A stretch of DNA of 64,000 nt from Podarcis muralis (taxonomy: Eukaryota). The DNA lies in NCBI RefSeq assembly GCF_964188315.1, contig NC_135656.1:62744001-62808000 (forward strand). The letters are read 5' to 3'. Shown here piece by piece: positions 23,768 through 34,445 of this stretch (within the stretch, counting starts at the first letter, position 1; each line of letters begins with the position of its first letter). The notes under the pieces are model-generated. The model was not told the origin of the DNA and searched no databases. It worked only from the letters and a program-made list of their open reading frames with translations. The position numbers and the translations under genes were made by a program.

Positions 23768-24337
23768 TGTTATGTACTGAGTTGAATAGGATCCAAAATG
23801 CAGCAGTCTGATTGGTCCTAGAACAATAGGATTCAGAATGCAGCAGTCTGATTGGTCCTAGAACAATTCAGCAGTATGATTGGTCCGCAGGAGCCACCCA
23901 ATCCAGCTCCAGGTGGAAGTGAATCCACAATCTGATTGGCTTACAGGAGAATCCGGGAATTAGCCAATCACGTGCAGCCCATTGTGTAAATACAGTGGTA
24001 CCTCGGGTTACATACGCTTCAGGTTACATACGCTTCAGGCTACACACTCCGCTAACCCAGAAATAGTGCTTCAGGTTAAGAACTTTGCTTCAGGATAAGA
24101 ACAGAAATCGGGATCTGGCGGTGCGGCGGCAGCAGGAGGCCCCATTAGCTAAAGTGGTGCTTCAGGTTAAGAACAGTTTCAGGTTAAGTGCGGACCTCTG
24201 GAACGAATTAAGTACTTAACCCGAGGTACCACTGTAATGTATATAAAGCAGATATTGTGGGGGAACTTCCATTCCTCCTCACCTCTATGAGCTGAATAAA
24301 GAGCATGAAATCCACTCTTTACTCCGAGTATATTTCA
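23768..24337 (+). mobile_element. Solo LTR interrupted by a MITE
   Basis: TGTT...TTCA termini flanked by G-runs on both sides (4-5 bp TSD); 40-bp tandem repeats carrying CCAAT boxes; TATATAAA at 24240-24247; AATAAA at 24295-24300. Confidence 0.82.
23993..24234. mobile_element. Tigger-like MITE family A, 242 bp, inside the LTR
   Basis: CAGTGGTACCTCGGGTTA...TAACCCGAGGTACCACTG with TA TSD. Confidence 0.92.
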
Positions 24338-24554
24338 GGGGGAAAGGTTATGGTTTGTTTGATCATCTGTTGGACAACTGATAGTTGTTGGGGTTTTTTT
24401 CCAAAAAAGGGGGGGGGGCTAAAACAGACTGTGGATTAGCATTATTTCTGAACTATATACTTGCAAGCTGCTCTCATGCCCCTATATTGGAAGGTTAGTT
24501 AATTGGTATGAAGTGGCCACTGAAAACTGAAACTGTTTCTATTACTTGGTTAAA

Positions 24555-26214
24555 ATAATAATAATAATAATAATAATTTATTATTTGTACCCCGCCCATC
24601 TGGCTGGGTTTCCCCAGCCACTCTGGGCGGCTTCCAACAAAGATAAAAAAATACACTAAAATGTCACATATTAAAAACTTCCCTGAACAGGGCTGCCTTC
24701 AGATGTCTTCTGAATGTCAGGTAGTTGTTTATCGCTTTGACATCTGATGGGAGGGCGTTCCACAGGGCGGGTGCCACTACCGAAAAGGCCCTCTGCCTGG
24801 TTCCCTGTAACTTGACCTCTCGTAGTGAGGGAACCGCCAGAAGGCCCTCGGAGCTGGACCTCAGTGTCCGGGCAGAACGATGGGGGTGGAGACGCTCCTT
24901 CAGATATACTGGACCAAGGCCGTTTAGGGCTTTAAAGGTCAGCACCAACACTTTGAATTGTGCTCGGAAACTTACTGGGAGCCAATGTAGGTCTTTCAAG
25001 ACCGGTGTTATATGGTCTCGGCGGCCGCACCCAGTCACCAGTCTAGCTGCCGCATTCTGGATTAGTTGTAGTTTCCGGGTCACCTTCAAAGGTAGCCCCA
25101 CGTAGAGCGCATTGCAGTAGTCCAAGCGGGAGATAACCAGAGCATGTACCACTCTGGCGAGACAGTCCGCAGGCAGATAGGGTCTCAGCCTACGTACCAG
25201 ATGGAGCTGGTAAACAGCTGCCCTGGATACAGATTTGACCTGTGCCTCCATGGACAGCTGTGGGTCCAAAATGACTCCCAGGCTGCGCACCTGGTCCTTC
25301 AGGGGCACAGTTACCCCATTCAGGACCAGGGAATCCTCCACACCTGCCCGCCTCCTGTCCCCCAAAAACAGTACTTCTGTCTTGTCGGGATTCAACCTCA
25401 ATCTGTTAGCCGCCATCCATCCTCCAACCGCCTCCAGGCACTCACACAGGACCTTCACCGCCTTCACTGGTTCTGATTTAAAAGAGAGGTAGAGCTGGGT
25501 ATCATCCGCATACTGATGAACACCCAGCCCAAACCTCCTGATGATCTCTCCCAGTGGCTGCATGTAAATGTTGAAAAGCATGGGGGAGAGGACAGAGCCC
25601 TGAGGCACCCCACAAGTGAGGGCCCAGGGGTCTGAACACTCATCCCCCACCACCACTTTCTGAACACGGCCCAGGAGGAAGGAGCGGAACCACTGTATGA
25701 CAGTGCCCCCAGCTCCCAGCCCCTCAAGACGGTCCAGAAGGATGTTATGGTCGATGGTATCAAACGCCGCTGAGAGATCCAGCAGAACTAGGAAACAGCT
25801 CTCACCTTTGTCCCTAGCCCGCCGGAGATCATCAACCAGTGCGACCAAGGCAGTTTCAGTCCCATGATGAGGCCTGAATCCCGACTGGAAGGGATCCAAA
25901 TGGTCCGCTTCTTCCAGGCGTGCCTGGAGTTGTTCAGCAACCACTCGCTCAATCACCTTGCCCAAGAATGGAAGATTTGAGACTGGGCGATAATTGGCCA
26001 TCGTGGCCGCATCTAAAGATGGTTTTTTAAGAAGCGGTTTAATAGCCGCCTCTTTCAGCGGGTCTGGGAAGGCTCCCTCACGGAGGGAAGCATTCACCAC
26101 CCCACGAAGCCCATCGCCCAGTCCTTCCCGGCTAGCTTTTATAAGCCAGGATGGGCAAGGATCCAGGAGACAGGTGGTTGGCTTCACTCGTCCAAGCAGC
26201 CTGTCCACATCCAC
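24555..26214 (-). mobile_element. L2-clade LINE, 5'-truncated, uninterrupted reverse-transcriptase frame (24664-26214) plus 3' UTR and (ATT)n tail
   Basis: RT motifs YRPVSNLPFL, LLDLSAAFDT, GVPQGSVLSP, YADDTQLY; 516 codons without a stop. The ORF-track start is a GTG at the truncation point, not a real ATG. Confidence 0.95.
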
Positions 26215-26709
26215 ATAAATAAATAGAGTCAGCCAAGAATAGACATATTTCCTTGGCCTTTTAACATCTTGCAGCAGTGGAATATTCCAAGAGAAACTTT
26301 CTATTGTTGTGTAATGTTCCCCATAGAGGAAATCCAGTTTCCCACGGCTGGGCTATTCTTTTGGCATCCTGAGAAATGCCTTAATATGAATTTTCAGTAA
26401 AACAAACATTTCATATCACAGGGAGATCTTAACAAAGGGCTTTTACTTTTCCTTCTCGAGGAACTTTGGTGTGGAGTTTCCTCATCTTCTTTCAAATCCC
26501 AACCAAATACATGCTCATGCTCACCTCTATAGAAATTCCACATACCCTGCAAGCTCAATTAGAGTCATCATTTCCTCTCAGGGACAAGCAATTGATTTAA
26601 ACAAGTTTATTTCCTGGTTGCTTTTGTAGCTTTAGTGGGTCCCTTGATGTGCTTCTAGCAGGTTTCATCTGACGAAGACAGGTTTCATAAGAAGAAGGAA
26701 GCAGAATGA

Positions 26710-26922
26710 CCAAATGGCTTTCCTGAGTTCGGGTAGTAGTGCCCTCCCTGTGGAATTCGGGTAGTAGTGCCCTCACCTTTAGGTGTCAAGGAAATAAGCA
26801 ACTAACTGACTTTTAGAAGACATCGAAGGTAGCCCTGTTTAGGGAAGTTTTTAAGGTTTAATGTTTTTATAATGTTTTTAGATATGCTGTAAGCTGCCCA
26901 GATGGGCAAGGCATAAATAAAG

Positions 26923-26966
<44 letters not shown>

Positions 26967-26970
26967 AATG
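26710..26970 (+). mobile_element. L2 3' fragment with (GTT)n tail
   Basis: gtgtcaaggaaataagcaacta...ttttagaagacatcgaaggtagccctgtttagggaag matches the L2 3' end. Confidence 0.8.
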
Positions 26971-28036
26971 TTACCACCAATCAAAGTGGATCTTCATTGT
27001 TTTGAGCACTTGAACCTGTGATGGCTCTCTTCTATTTTCAATGGTCATCATATTTAAGCTGTGTTCTAAAGAGGGATGATGTCTACACCAGACAAGACCT
27101 AAATTGTGAGGTCCTTCCCTTGGCCACTAGAACGCATAGAAGAAGATTTTTTAAATGTACTCTATGGTTGAAATAAGACAATTATCAAGACAAAGAACAC
27201 TCCCTCTGAAAGGGTGTAATGTACCTTGGAGCATTTAACGAAGTTCTTATCCCTGTCTGTACCGTGGCACCTTCTGGGGTCAACAGGAAGACCAGTTTAG
27301 CTAAATGTTCCACCTTTTTCACTAGGATTAAATCCACAACAGAATAGCCCTAGGAATCATTAGCTACCAGCACATGCAGAATACAGAGCAATAGGATTCT
27401 ACAGTATCAAAATATAACAAAATATACGTATATTAACAAAATATTAAAAACAGAGCATTGAAGTCAATTTAAATCCAGAAGAAAATATTGTTTACCCTTT
27501 GAACATGCCCTGGCTGTTCTAGGCAAATAGCTTCTCTTATGTGCTACCTTCCTTGTGGATTAACAGCATGGACTTCATGGAGCTTCACTTGCTGAAGATC
27601 CCCAGCACAGGACTTAGCTGAGCATGTATAGATGCCTGTGAAATTGGCACCGTGGCCTGAAATGCTTCAGGATGTTAGCAGAGGTGAACCAAGGCCCACC
27701 CAGGTTGCCCATTCAGGGAGGCAGGAAGGGTGGGGCCTTGAGGTGCAACAAGTTAACAATCAAATTGCTCATGGAGGAGTGGGCGAGCTTCTGGCAGGGC
27801 AGATAGAGACATTGGCTCTCAAGCAGTGCCCAGATCATTGTGTGGGGTGGGGTCCATAACAACTTTGACAGTGATAACCCTAGGGATGTGTTAGAAGGCC
27901 GCAAAGTGTGTGCGTGTGCGATTTAGCTGAAATGGGAGGGGTGTGTGTGTCTGAGAGTGAGGTTTGTGAATTTCATTAGATTTCATTTCCCTTTCCTATG
28001 CTGCTGCCAAGTACAGGGCTTGCTAACTATTTAGTC

Positions 28037-28216
28037 CAGGGGTTGTCTGTCAACCTGGTCCCTACCACCCACTAGTGGGCGTTTCAGGATTCTAGGTGGG
28101 CGGTAGGGGCACAAGCTGAATCCTCCTCCCATTGAGCACTGGTGGGCAGTAAGGAAATTTTACCATCAAGAAAGATGCATTAGTAGGCAGTAGGTATAAA
28201 AGGTTGACTACCCCTG
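28037..28216. mobile_element. hAT-type MITE, 180 bp
   Basis: Termini CAGGGGTTGTC / GACTACCCCTG; 8-bp TSD atttagtc (28029-28036, 28217-28224). Confidence 0.88.
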
Positions 28217-28958
28217 ATTTAGTCAACCCCACTGCACAATTGTCTGTTTTGAATAGAGTTTTAGTCATCATTGGCAATATAAGAGTCTCAATATAGTGTT
28301 GTGAGTGCACCACTTAGCTCTCAGAAACAGACACCATAGCGAGCTTCCAAGAAAATATGACTTCCATGACTCACATTACTTCATCTGGCACGTGTATTTT
28401 CATAACTCTGACAGTGAAGAGAGAACATAAACAAAAAAACAGCTGTTGATTTCAGAAAACTAAGAGCAAGCTGCAATTCTCTTTTTTATTATTCTTTCAT
28501 GCACTGCAGGGCAAAGTCCTGACATTAACGATTCCAGTGCTGAACCTCAAGTGAAGTCTTGCATATGTTCACATTCTGGGGCCACATTTTATGCAGTTGC
28601 TTATCTACATGAATGCATTTTACTTCCGCATAGGAAAACCACATGTCCTCTGTGATACTAAGTGTGGGAAATGTGCATGTTCCATGCAACAGGAAGTTGA
28701 GAGAAATGGATCCAATGAAGTAAGCTCTTCCTTAAGAAAACTCACATTACAGCATGTTTCCTGGTCTTTAAGGTGCCACCAGACTCTTTACTATGATGGT
28801 GGGTTCTCACCAGGTCTACATGCATATGTCTGCATATGCCAGAGTTTTTCTTTTGTGTAAAGCAACTCATATATCACTGTGGCCAGGAGTGCACATGTTT
28901 CCATTGGGTCTAGACTCTAGGGGCTACTCCAGACCCAGAAATCTTTTAAAATTAACAT

Positions 28959-29134
28959 CAGTGGTTTTTCCCCCCTTAAAAAATGTTTAGGGGGACTCTC
29001 ATTTTAACTCAAGAAAATCACCATTTTATAGTTCAAATCGGGAAAGATAAATACAGTAAATGGACAAAAGTACAAAGATTCTCAAAATGTTTAGGGGTAT
29101 GCGTCCCCCTGCGTCCCCCCAGAAAAAAGCACTG
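28959..29134. mobile_element. hAT-type MITE, 176 bp
   Basis: Termini CAGTGGTTTTT / AAAAAGCACTG; 8-bp TSD attaacat (28951-28958, 29135-29142). Confidence 0.88.
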
Positions 29135-29369
29135 ATTAACATATATCATATATATTATCTCATACATGATATCGTACATGATAACCACCCATCATATATC
29201 CATCATAAATAATAGCTTCATTGCTATACAGCCATTTTGGTTTGTTTTTCTTTTTTCTTTGACAAGCTACTTTATACTTAATTATCTTCTCTTCATGCTA
29301 TTTCTGATGAGAAGGTATACAACTGGATACTGGTATATCAATCAAACCTATCAAATCAAACTAAGGTTT

Positions 29370-29800
29370 TGCACTTCGCATGTGGCCACTAGGTGGCCCG
29401 CTCGCCTTTGATGTCGCGGGGGCGGGGCGTAGTAGCGCGGCTGCCCAGCCGAAGCCTAACCTTCCCAGCAGCGCAAACGAGGCGAGCGCGGAGTTCCAGC
29501 GCGCGGAGCAAGCGAGAGGGAAACTTTCGCTTTTGTTCGAATTCCCTTTTCCGGGCGTGGGAGGCGGCATCCCGTTGGCCAGAGCAGGGTCTGCGGCCTG
29601 GAAGTTTCCGCCGGGCTCGGAGAAAGAGGATCCCACCTGCCGGGTGTGGGTGAACTTACTCCCCACTTTTCTTCGTCCAGTTATTCGGCGGCCGCGGATT
29701 TTGCGCTCCTTTGGACCAGACGCTCGCAAGCCGAGCAGGCGACTCTCCAGACGGGGTTTGGAAGCAGCCCGGAGACTCAAAAGCAACATAAGAAACTCCT
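29370..29800 (+). promoter_or_regulatory. SMIM3: CpG island with probable SMIM3 promoter and first exon, ending at donor CCT|GTAAGT (29800/29801)
   Basis: CpG-rich; GC box GGGGCGGGGC at 29419-29428; consensus donor. SMIM3 is a two-exon gene with a long intron, and no other plus-strand gene is visible before 43159. The TSS cannot be determined from sequence. Confidence 0.7.
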
Positions 29801-32664
29801 GTAAGTCCTCTTTGTAGCGATGAGCAGCGACTTGTCCGTGAATTTTTGCTCTCGAGAGAGGCGAGTGCCACGATTTCTTTTGCTTGCTTGCTTGCTTGCT
29901 TTATTCGTGCGCTTTCATATTCCTCCAACACCTTCTTCATGTCAGTTTCTCTTCACTTCCTTTCCCGTTTGCATTTAGCATTGCTCCGATTTTTGTTTGC
30001 TTGCTTGTTTGCCTTGGAGATCAGTAATAGTTTTAAGTCCCAAGGGAAATTCCACAAGTAGCTCGTCAATAAGAAAGGGCTCTATCCATGCCATCTTTGA
30101 TCTTCATTTCAGAAAGTCATTGGATTATTTTTTTCAGGAAAGTGAGTGATCTTGCCCTGCAAGATCAGGTAACTACCCTGCAAGACCCATTTGTAAGTTT
30201 CCTTCTATACTGGGGCATTTGAGGTGGTAGCAAACCTTCTCTTATGACTGTTTTATTCTGGTGAGCATCACTTAAGCTAAACCTTTGACACATGCGCACA
30301 CATTTATATATCTGTATATACTGCTCTTTTAGATATGCCTGTGCTGTTTGTTTTATAGTTAGCTTTTTTCCTGTGGTTTATAATATAAGTATGAGATCTT
30401 TAAATGTTGATTGCATGTATTCTTGCCTATTATTTTTATAGCAACTAGTGTAAAGCTATCACTAACAAAAACTATGAGATCAAACCAAGATGTAAAAATG
30501 TTGTGCGGTTTGCTGTTCGTATCCTGGTTTTTGGCAGTAGTTCCTCTGTTGTTGGATCCTTATCTCCAGACTGTTTCCGAAAGGCAATTGTTTTCCTTCA
30601 TTTCCCTATAGCAAAATATGGGGAAAACCCATGGAGTTGGGCACATGCAATGACTAGACATAGTTAATCCACCACATGCATATACAGAGGGAAGCCAGTA
30701 CCTATAACAGTGATGCTTACATTAATCACCTGTGATGGCCTATGTACATTATACATTTTGTTGCCCACACAGTGTTGTGTAACCGTCTCTATTCCCAGTA
30801 GCAAAATGACGCTAATTTAGTACTTATCCAAAGGAATTGCAGTGAGCTGGAATTCATTGGCATGTCTAATTGCCTTTATCGGTGCTTGAAAAAGAATTGG
30901 GAGTGGCTCTCAGGCTACAGAATGTATATGATCTCCCATATGGGTATGCGTTTGATCGTTTCAGATGATATTCTGTTATTTTCACTTTTCACTTTCTCTT
31001 GGTTTTCAACCCATTTCTGGTTAGTGCGTTTGCAGTCTTCTCTATGCAGCTGATCAGAAATGGACAATTGCAAGGCGTGTCACCAGGTTCATCTTTTGAT
31101 TCAAAGAAATAAACACATTCCTACTCTTGTCCGTTTAATTGTGACAGACGTACCTAAATGCAAAGAAAGTCAAAAATAAGGTTGGAAGTTTTATGTTGCT
31201 TGTATGAATTTCATAACCATACTAACCACAGATGTGCTGTGTCTTTATTTTGTTTTTTTTCCTCCCCTCTTTCCTTTATAGCTTCTGGCATGAACAAAAG
31301 CTTAGGGGAAGCTTCCTATCTGCTATGTTTTCCACTTTCCAAGAAACCCTTTGAAGTTTTAAAGGAAAGACTGGATAGGGATGCTTTGGATATTTTTTAA
31401 AAAAATCTCTATTAGTTCAGGCGTTTGGAAAAGATTGGGTGTGGTACAGCACAAGATGTTGAACAAGATGAAGTACTGTTCAACTCCTTTTTCGTTCTTG
31501 GATTATGTGTATGACTCTGGACAAGTCCTTTATTTTTCAGCTTCTCTTACCTGTCTGTGAAATGGAAATAACAGCAATTCAGCTCACAGGATTGCTGTGA
31601 CATTAAGGGCGGGCATGAAATAAAGATGGTAAAGGACGTTGTAAATTACCAGCAATACTAACAAATTCCACTGTGTTCTAAATCACTTGGTAGCTTTCTG
31701 CCACACAGCCTATCACATACAGTGTACAGTGTACAGTGTGCCATCATTTAGATGTCTGCACCCTTAACTGTTGTACCATTTGTATTTTGATCAGTAGTGT
31801 TTGGGCACTGACTTAGCATTGGATATTCCGCTGTTTCTCTTGCGCTGCATTTGAGAGACATTTGGCTGGTTTAGACACTAGTCGAAGAAGCTGTCCACCG
31901 CAAGGCATGCTTCCTCCTCCATCTCTAGCCATCCATACTGAAATGGCCTGTCTGGATGTGAATGAGCACATGTCAAATCCTACACACATGTAGAGGAAAT
32001 TGACACGTCTGGTTCCCAAATAAAACCCAGAAATCAACTGCACGCTTTTAAGCCTTTACATGTCATCTTATTACTATTTATTGCATTTAGGTTTTGTTTT
32101 CTTTCTAATTGTCAAACAACAGCTGAAATCAGTTAACAAGGAGAAAGCGAAATACAATAAACACAAACTTCCTAAAGTGCCCATGCAATAACACTATAAA
32201 ACAACCCTACCACACGCTGCTAAAGTGCAGAATGTAAAATAGATGCATATTTGGATGGGTCTCACTCGCAGGGATGGCAGAAGGCAGTGGAGATGGCGAG
32301 GCAGGTGAGCCCAAAGCAACATCCCATGCTTTGGAATTCTGGGGCTGAAGGAATTCCAGGTGAAAGCAGACAAGTGAAAGTGACATAAATGCAGATTCTC
32401 TGGCCTGCAGCCTTCAGTCTCTACCTCACAAATGGGAATTGCTCCTCCCTCCTCCCTTACTGATGATTTGAAGGCTGCCTGCTTTCCTAGGTTCTTCATA
32501 TCCCCAGTGGGGGATGCTAACTGGTGCCAAAACTACAGTATATGGTTGTGGTTGATATATTTTGATTTTATTCTGTGAACTGCCCTTCAGGTATAGGGCG
32601 GTATATAAATTCAGTAAATAACAACAACAATCTGTTCATCATATAAAGTGATGGGGCCCCTTTA

Positions 32665-32666
<2 letters not shown>

Positions 32667-32698
<32 letters not shown>
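32667..32698. repeat. (CT)n microsatellite
   Basis: Direct reading. Confidence 0.95.
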
Positions 32699-32700
<2 letters not shown>

Positions 32701-32911
32701 TCTACTTCAGGCACCTAGCCAGAAACCTTGTGGTAAGGGGGGGAATCACTTACAGAACTGCAAGATCATAAATACAGGTATCTGTCTATGTTGGAAGGGA
32801 TTTAATTGCATTGCTTCTTAATGAGCAATTGGATAGGATGCTGCCTGAAGCCTTCCCCACCCCCTCCTTATATCTCCAGTCTTAAAAAGGGCCAGAGTAT
32901 TTTTTAAAATA

Positions 32912-33265
32912 CAGTGGTGCCTCGCAAGACGAAATTAATTCGTTCTGCGAGTTTTTTCGTCTTGCGAATTTTTCGTCTTGCAAAGCACGGTTTCGGAAAA
33001 GTTTTGGAAAAGCTTCAAAAATCACCAAAGTCTTCAAAAACCTCAAAAAAGGCTACCACACCGCGTGCTATGAGTTGCTCCTCGAAGTCAAGTCGCAACT
33101 GTATTAACGGTGTTAAGAAAAAGGAAACAAACTTGCAAGACGTTTTCGTCTTGCGAAGCAAGCCCATAGGGAAATTCGTCTTGCGAAGCAACTCAAAAAA
33201 CCAAAAACCCTTTCGTCTAGAGAGTTTTTCGTCTTGCGAGGCATTCGTCTTGCGAGGTACCACTG
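32912..33265. mobile_element. Tigger-like MITE family B, 354 bp
   Basis: CAGTGGTGCCTCGCAAGACGAA...TTCGTCTTGCGAGGTACCACTG, TA TSD, internal TCGTCTTGCG repeats. Confidence 0.9.
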
Positions 33266-33754
33266 TAAAAGCTGAACCTTCAAGGAAGGACTGATAATGT
33301 TTCTGAAAAGGAACCTCACATTAAGAGGCAGCTTCAGGCGACAGATTTGGCATGGCATTATTAGAATACTGTATGTCCATTTAGTTTTTTAGTATTGTTT
33401 TGTGGCGAGCTAAGAGCACCATTTTTATTTTTATACCTGACCACCAAAATAATCTCAGACTGGCTTCCTCTGCTCTCAGATAAGATGCTGCCTGATTTTC
33501 ATGCCTCTGCTTTGATTAGACTTCTCCCTTCTGATTTGTTTCCACTTTCTTTGGAAAGCAAGAGATTTTTCAATCAAATTAGGACTGACCCTTAACCAGT
33601 CAAGCAAGCTATGTGCTTTAATAATACATTTTCCACTCCTATTGAATTTGAAAAAGATAGTAGTAGTTTCTGCAGACAGGCAGTTTCTATCCAAGAAAGA
33701 TACTTGGTAAATATATAAACAATTAGCATTTAAGTATTGTATAGCTTACATGTA

Positions 33755-34117
33755 GGGACGCAGGTGGCGCTGTGGGTTAAAGCCTCAGCACCTAGGACTT
33801 GCCGATCGAAAGGTCGGCGGTTCGAATCCCTGCGGCGGGGTGCGCTCCTGTCGTTCGGTCCCAGCGCCTGCCAACCTAGCAGTTCGAAAGCACCCTTAAG
33901 TGCAAGTAGATAAATAGGGACCGCTTACTAGCGGGAAGGTAAACGGTGTTTCCGTGTGCGGCTCTGGCTCGCCAGAGCAGCGATGTCACGCTGGCCACGT
34001 GACCCGGAAGTGTCTCCGGACAGCACTGGCTCCCGGCCTATAGAGTGAGATGAGCGCACAACCCTAGAGTCTGGCAAGACTGGCCCGTACGGGCAGGGGT
34101 ACCTTTACCTTTACCTT
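33755..34117 (+). mobile_element. Full-length young Sauria SINE
   Basis: A box TGGCGCTGTGG, B box GGTTCGAATCC, (ACCTTT)n tail; TSD atagcttacat (33741-33751, 34118-34128). Confidence 0.95.
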
Positions 34118-34239
34118 ATAGCTTACATAGGACAGAGTTTTTGTCAATTATGTTGCATTTCTAAGGAACTGCATGACAGGGATGCCATTCCCCCCATTGT
34201 TTTTGGCAGTTATCAAGTTATTAATTGGAAACATCTATA

Positions 34240-34445
34240 CAGTGGTACTTCGGGTTAAGAACTTAATTCTTTTTGGAGGTCCGTTCTTAACCTGAAACTG
34301 TTCTTAACCTGAGGTATCACTTTAGCTAATGCGGCCTCCCGCTCGATTTCTGTTCTCATCCTGAAGCAAAGTTCTTAACCCGAGGTACTATTTTTGGGTT
34401 AGCGGAGTGTGTAACCTGAAGCGTCTGTAGCCCGAGGTACCACTG
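34240..34445. mobile_element. Tigger-like MITE family A, internally deleted, opposite orientation
   Basis: CAGTGGTAC...GTACCACTG, TA TSD; reverse complement of 23993-24234. Confidence 0.9.

Noticed and set aside
32914-33294. 126-aa Lys/Ser-rich ORF
   Set aside because: Lies almost entirely within a Tigger-like MITE; no transposase motifs.
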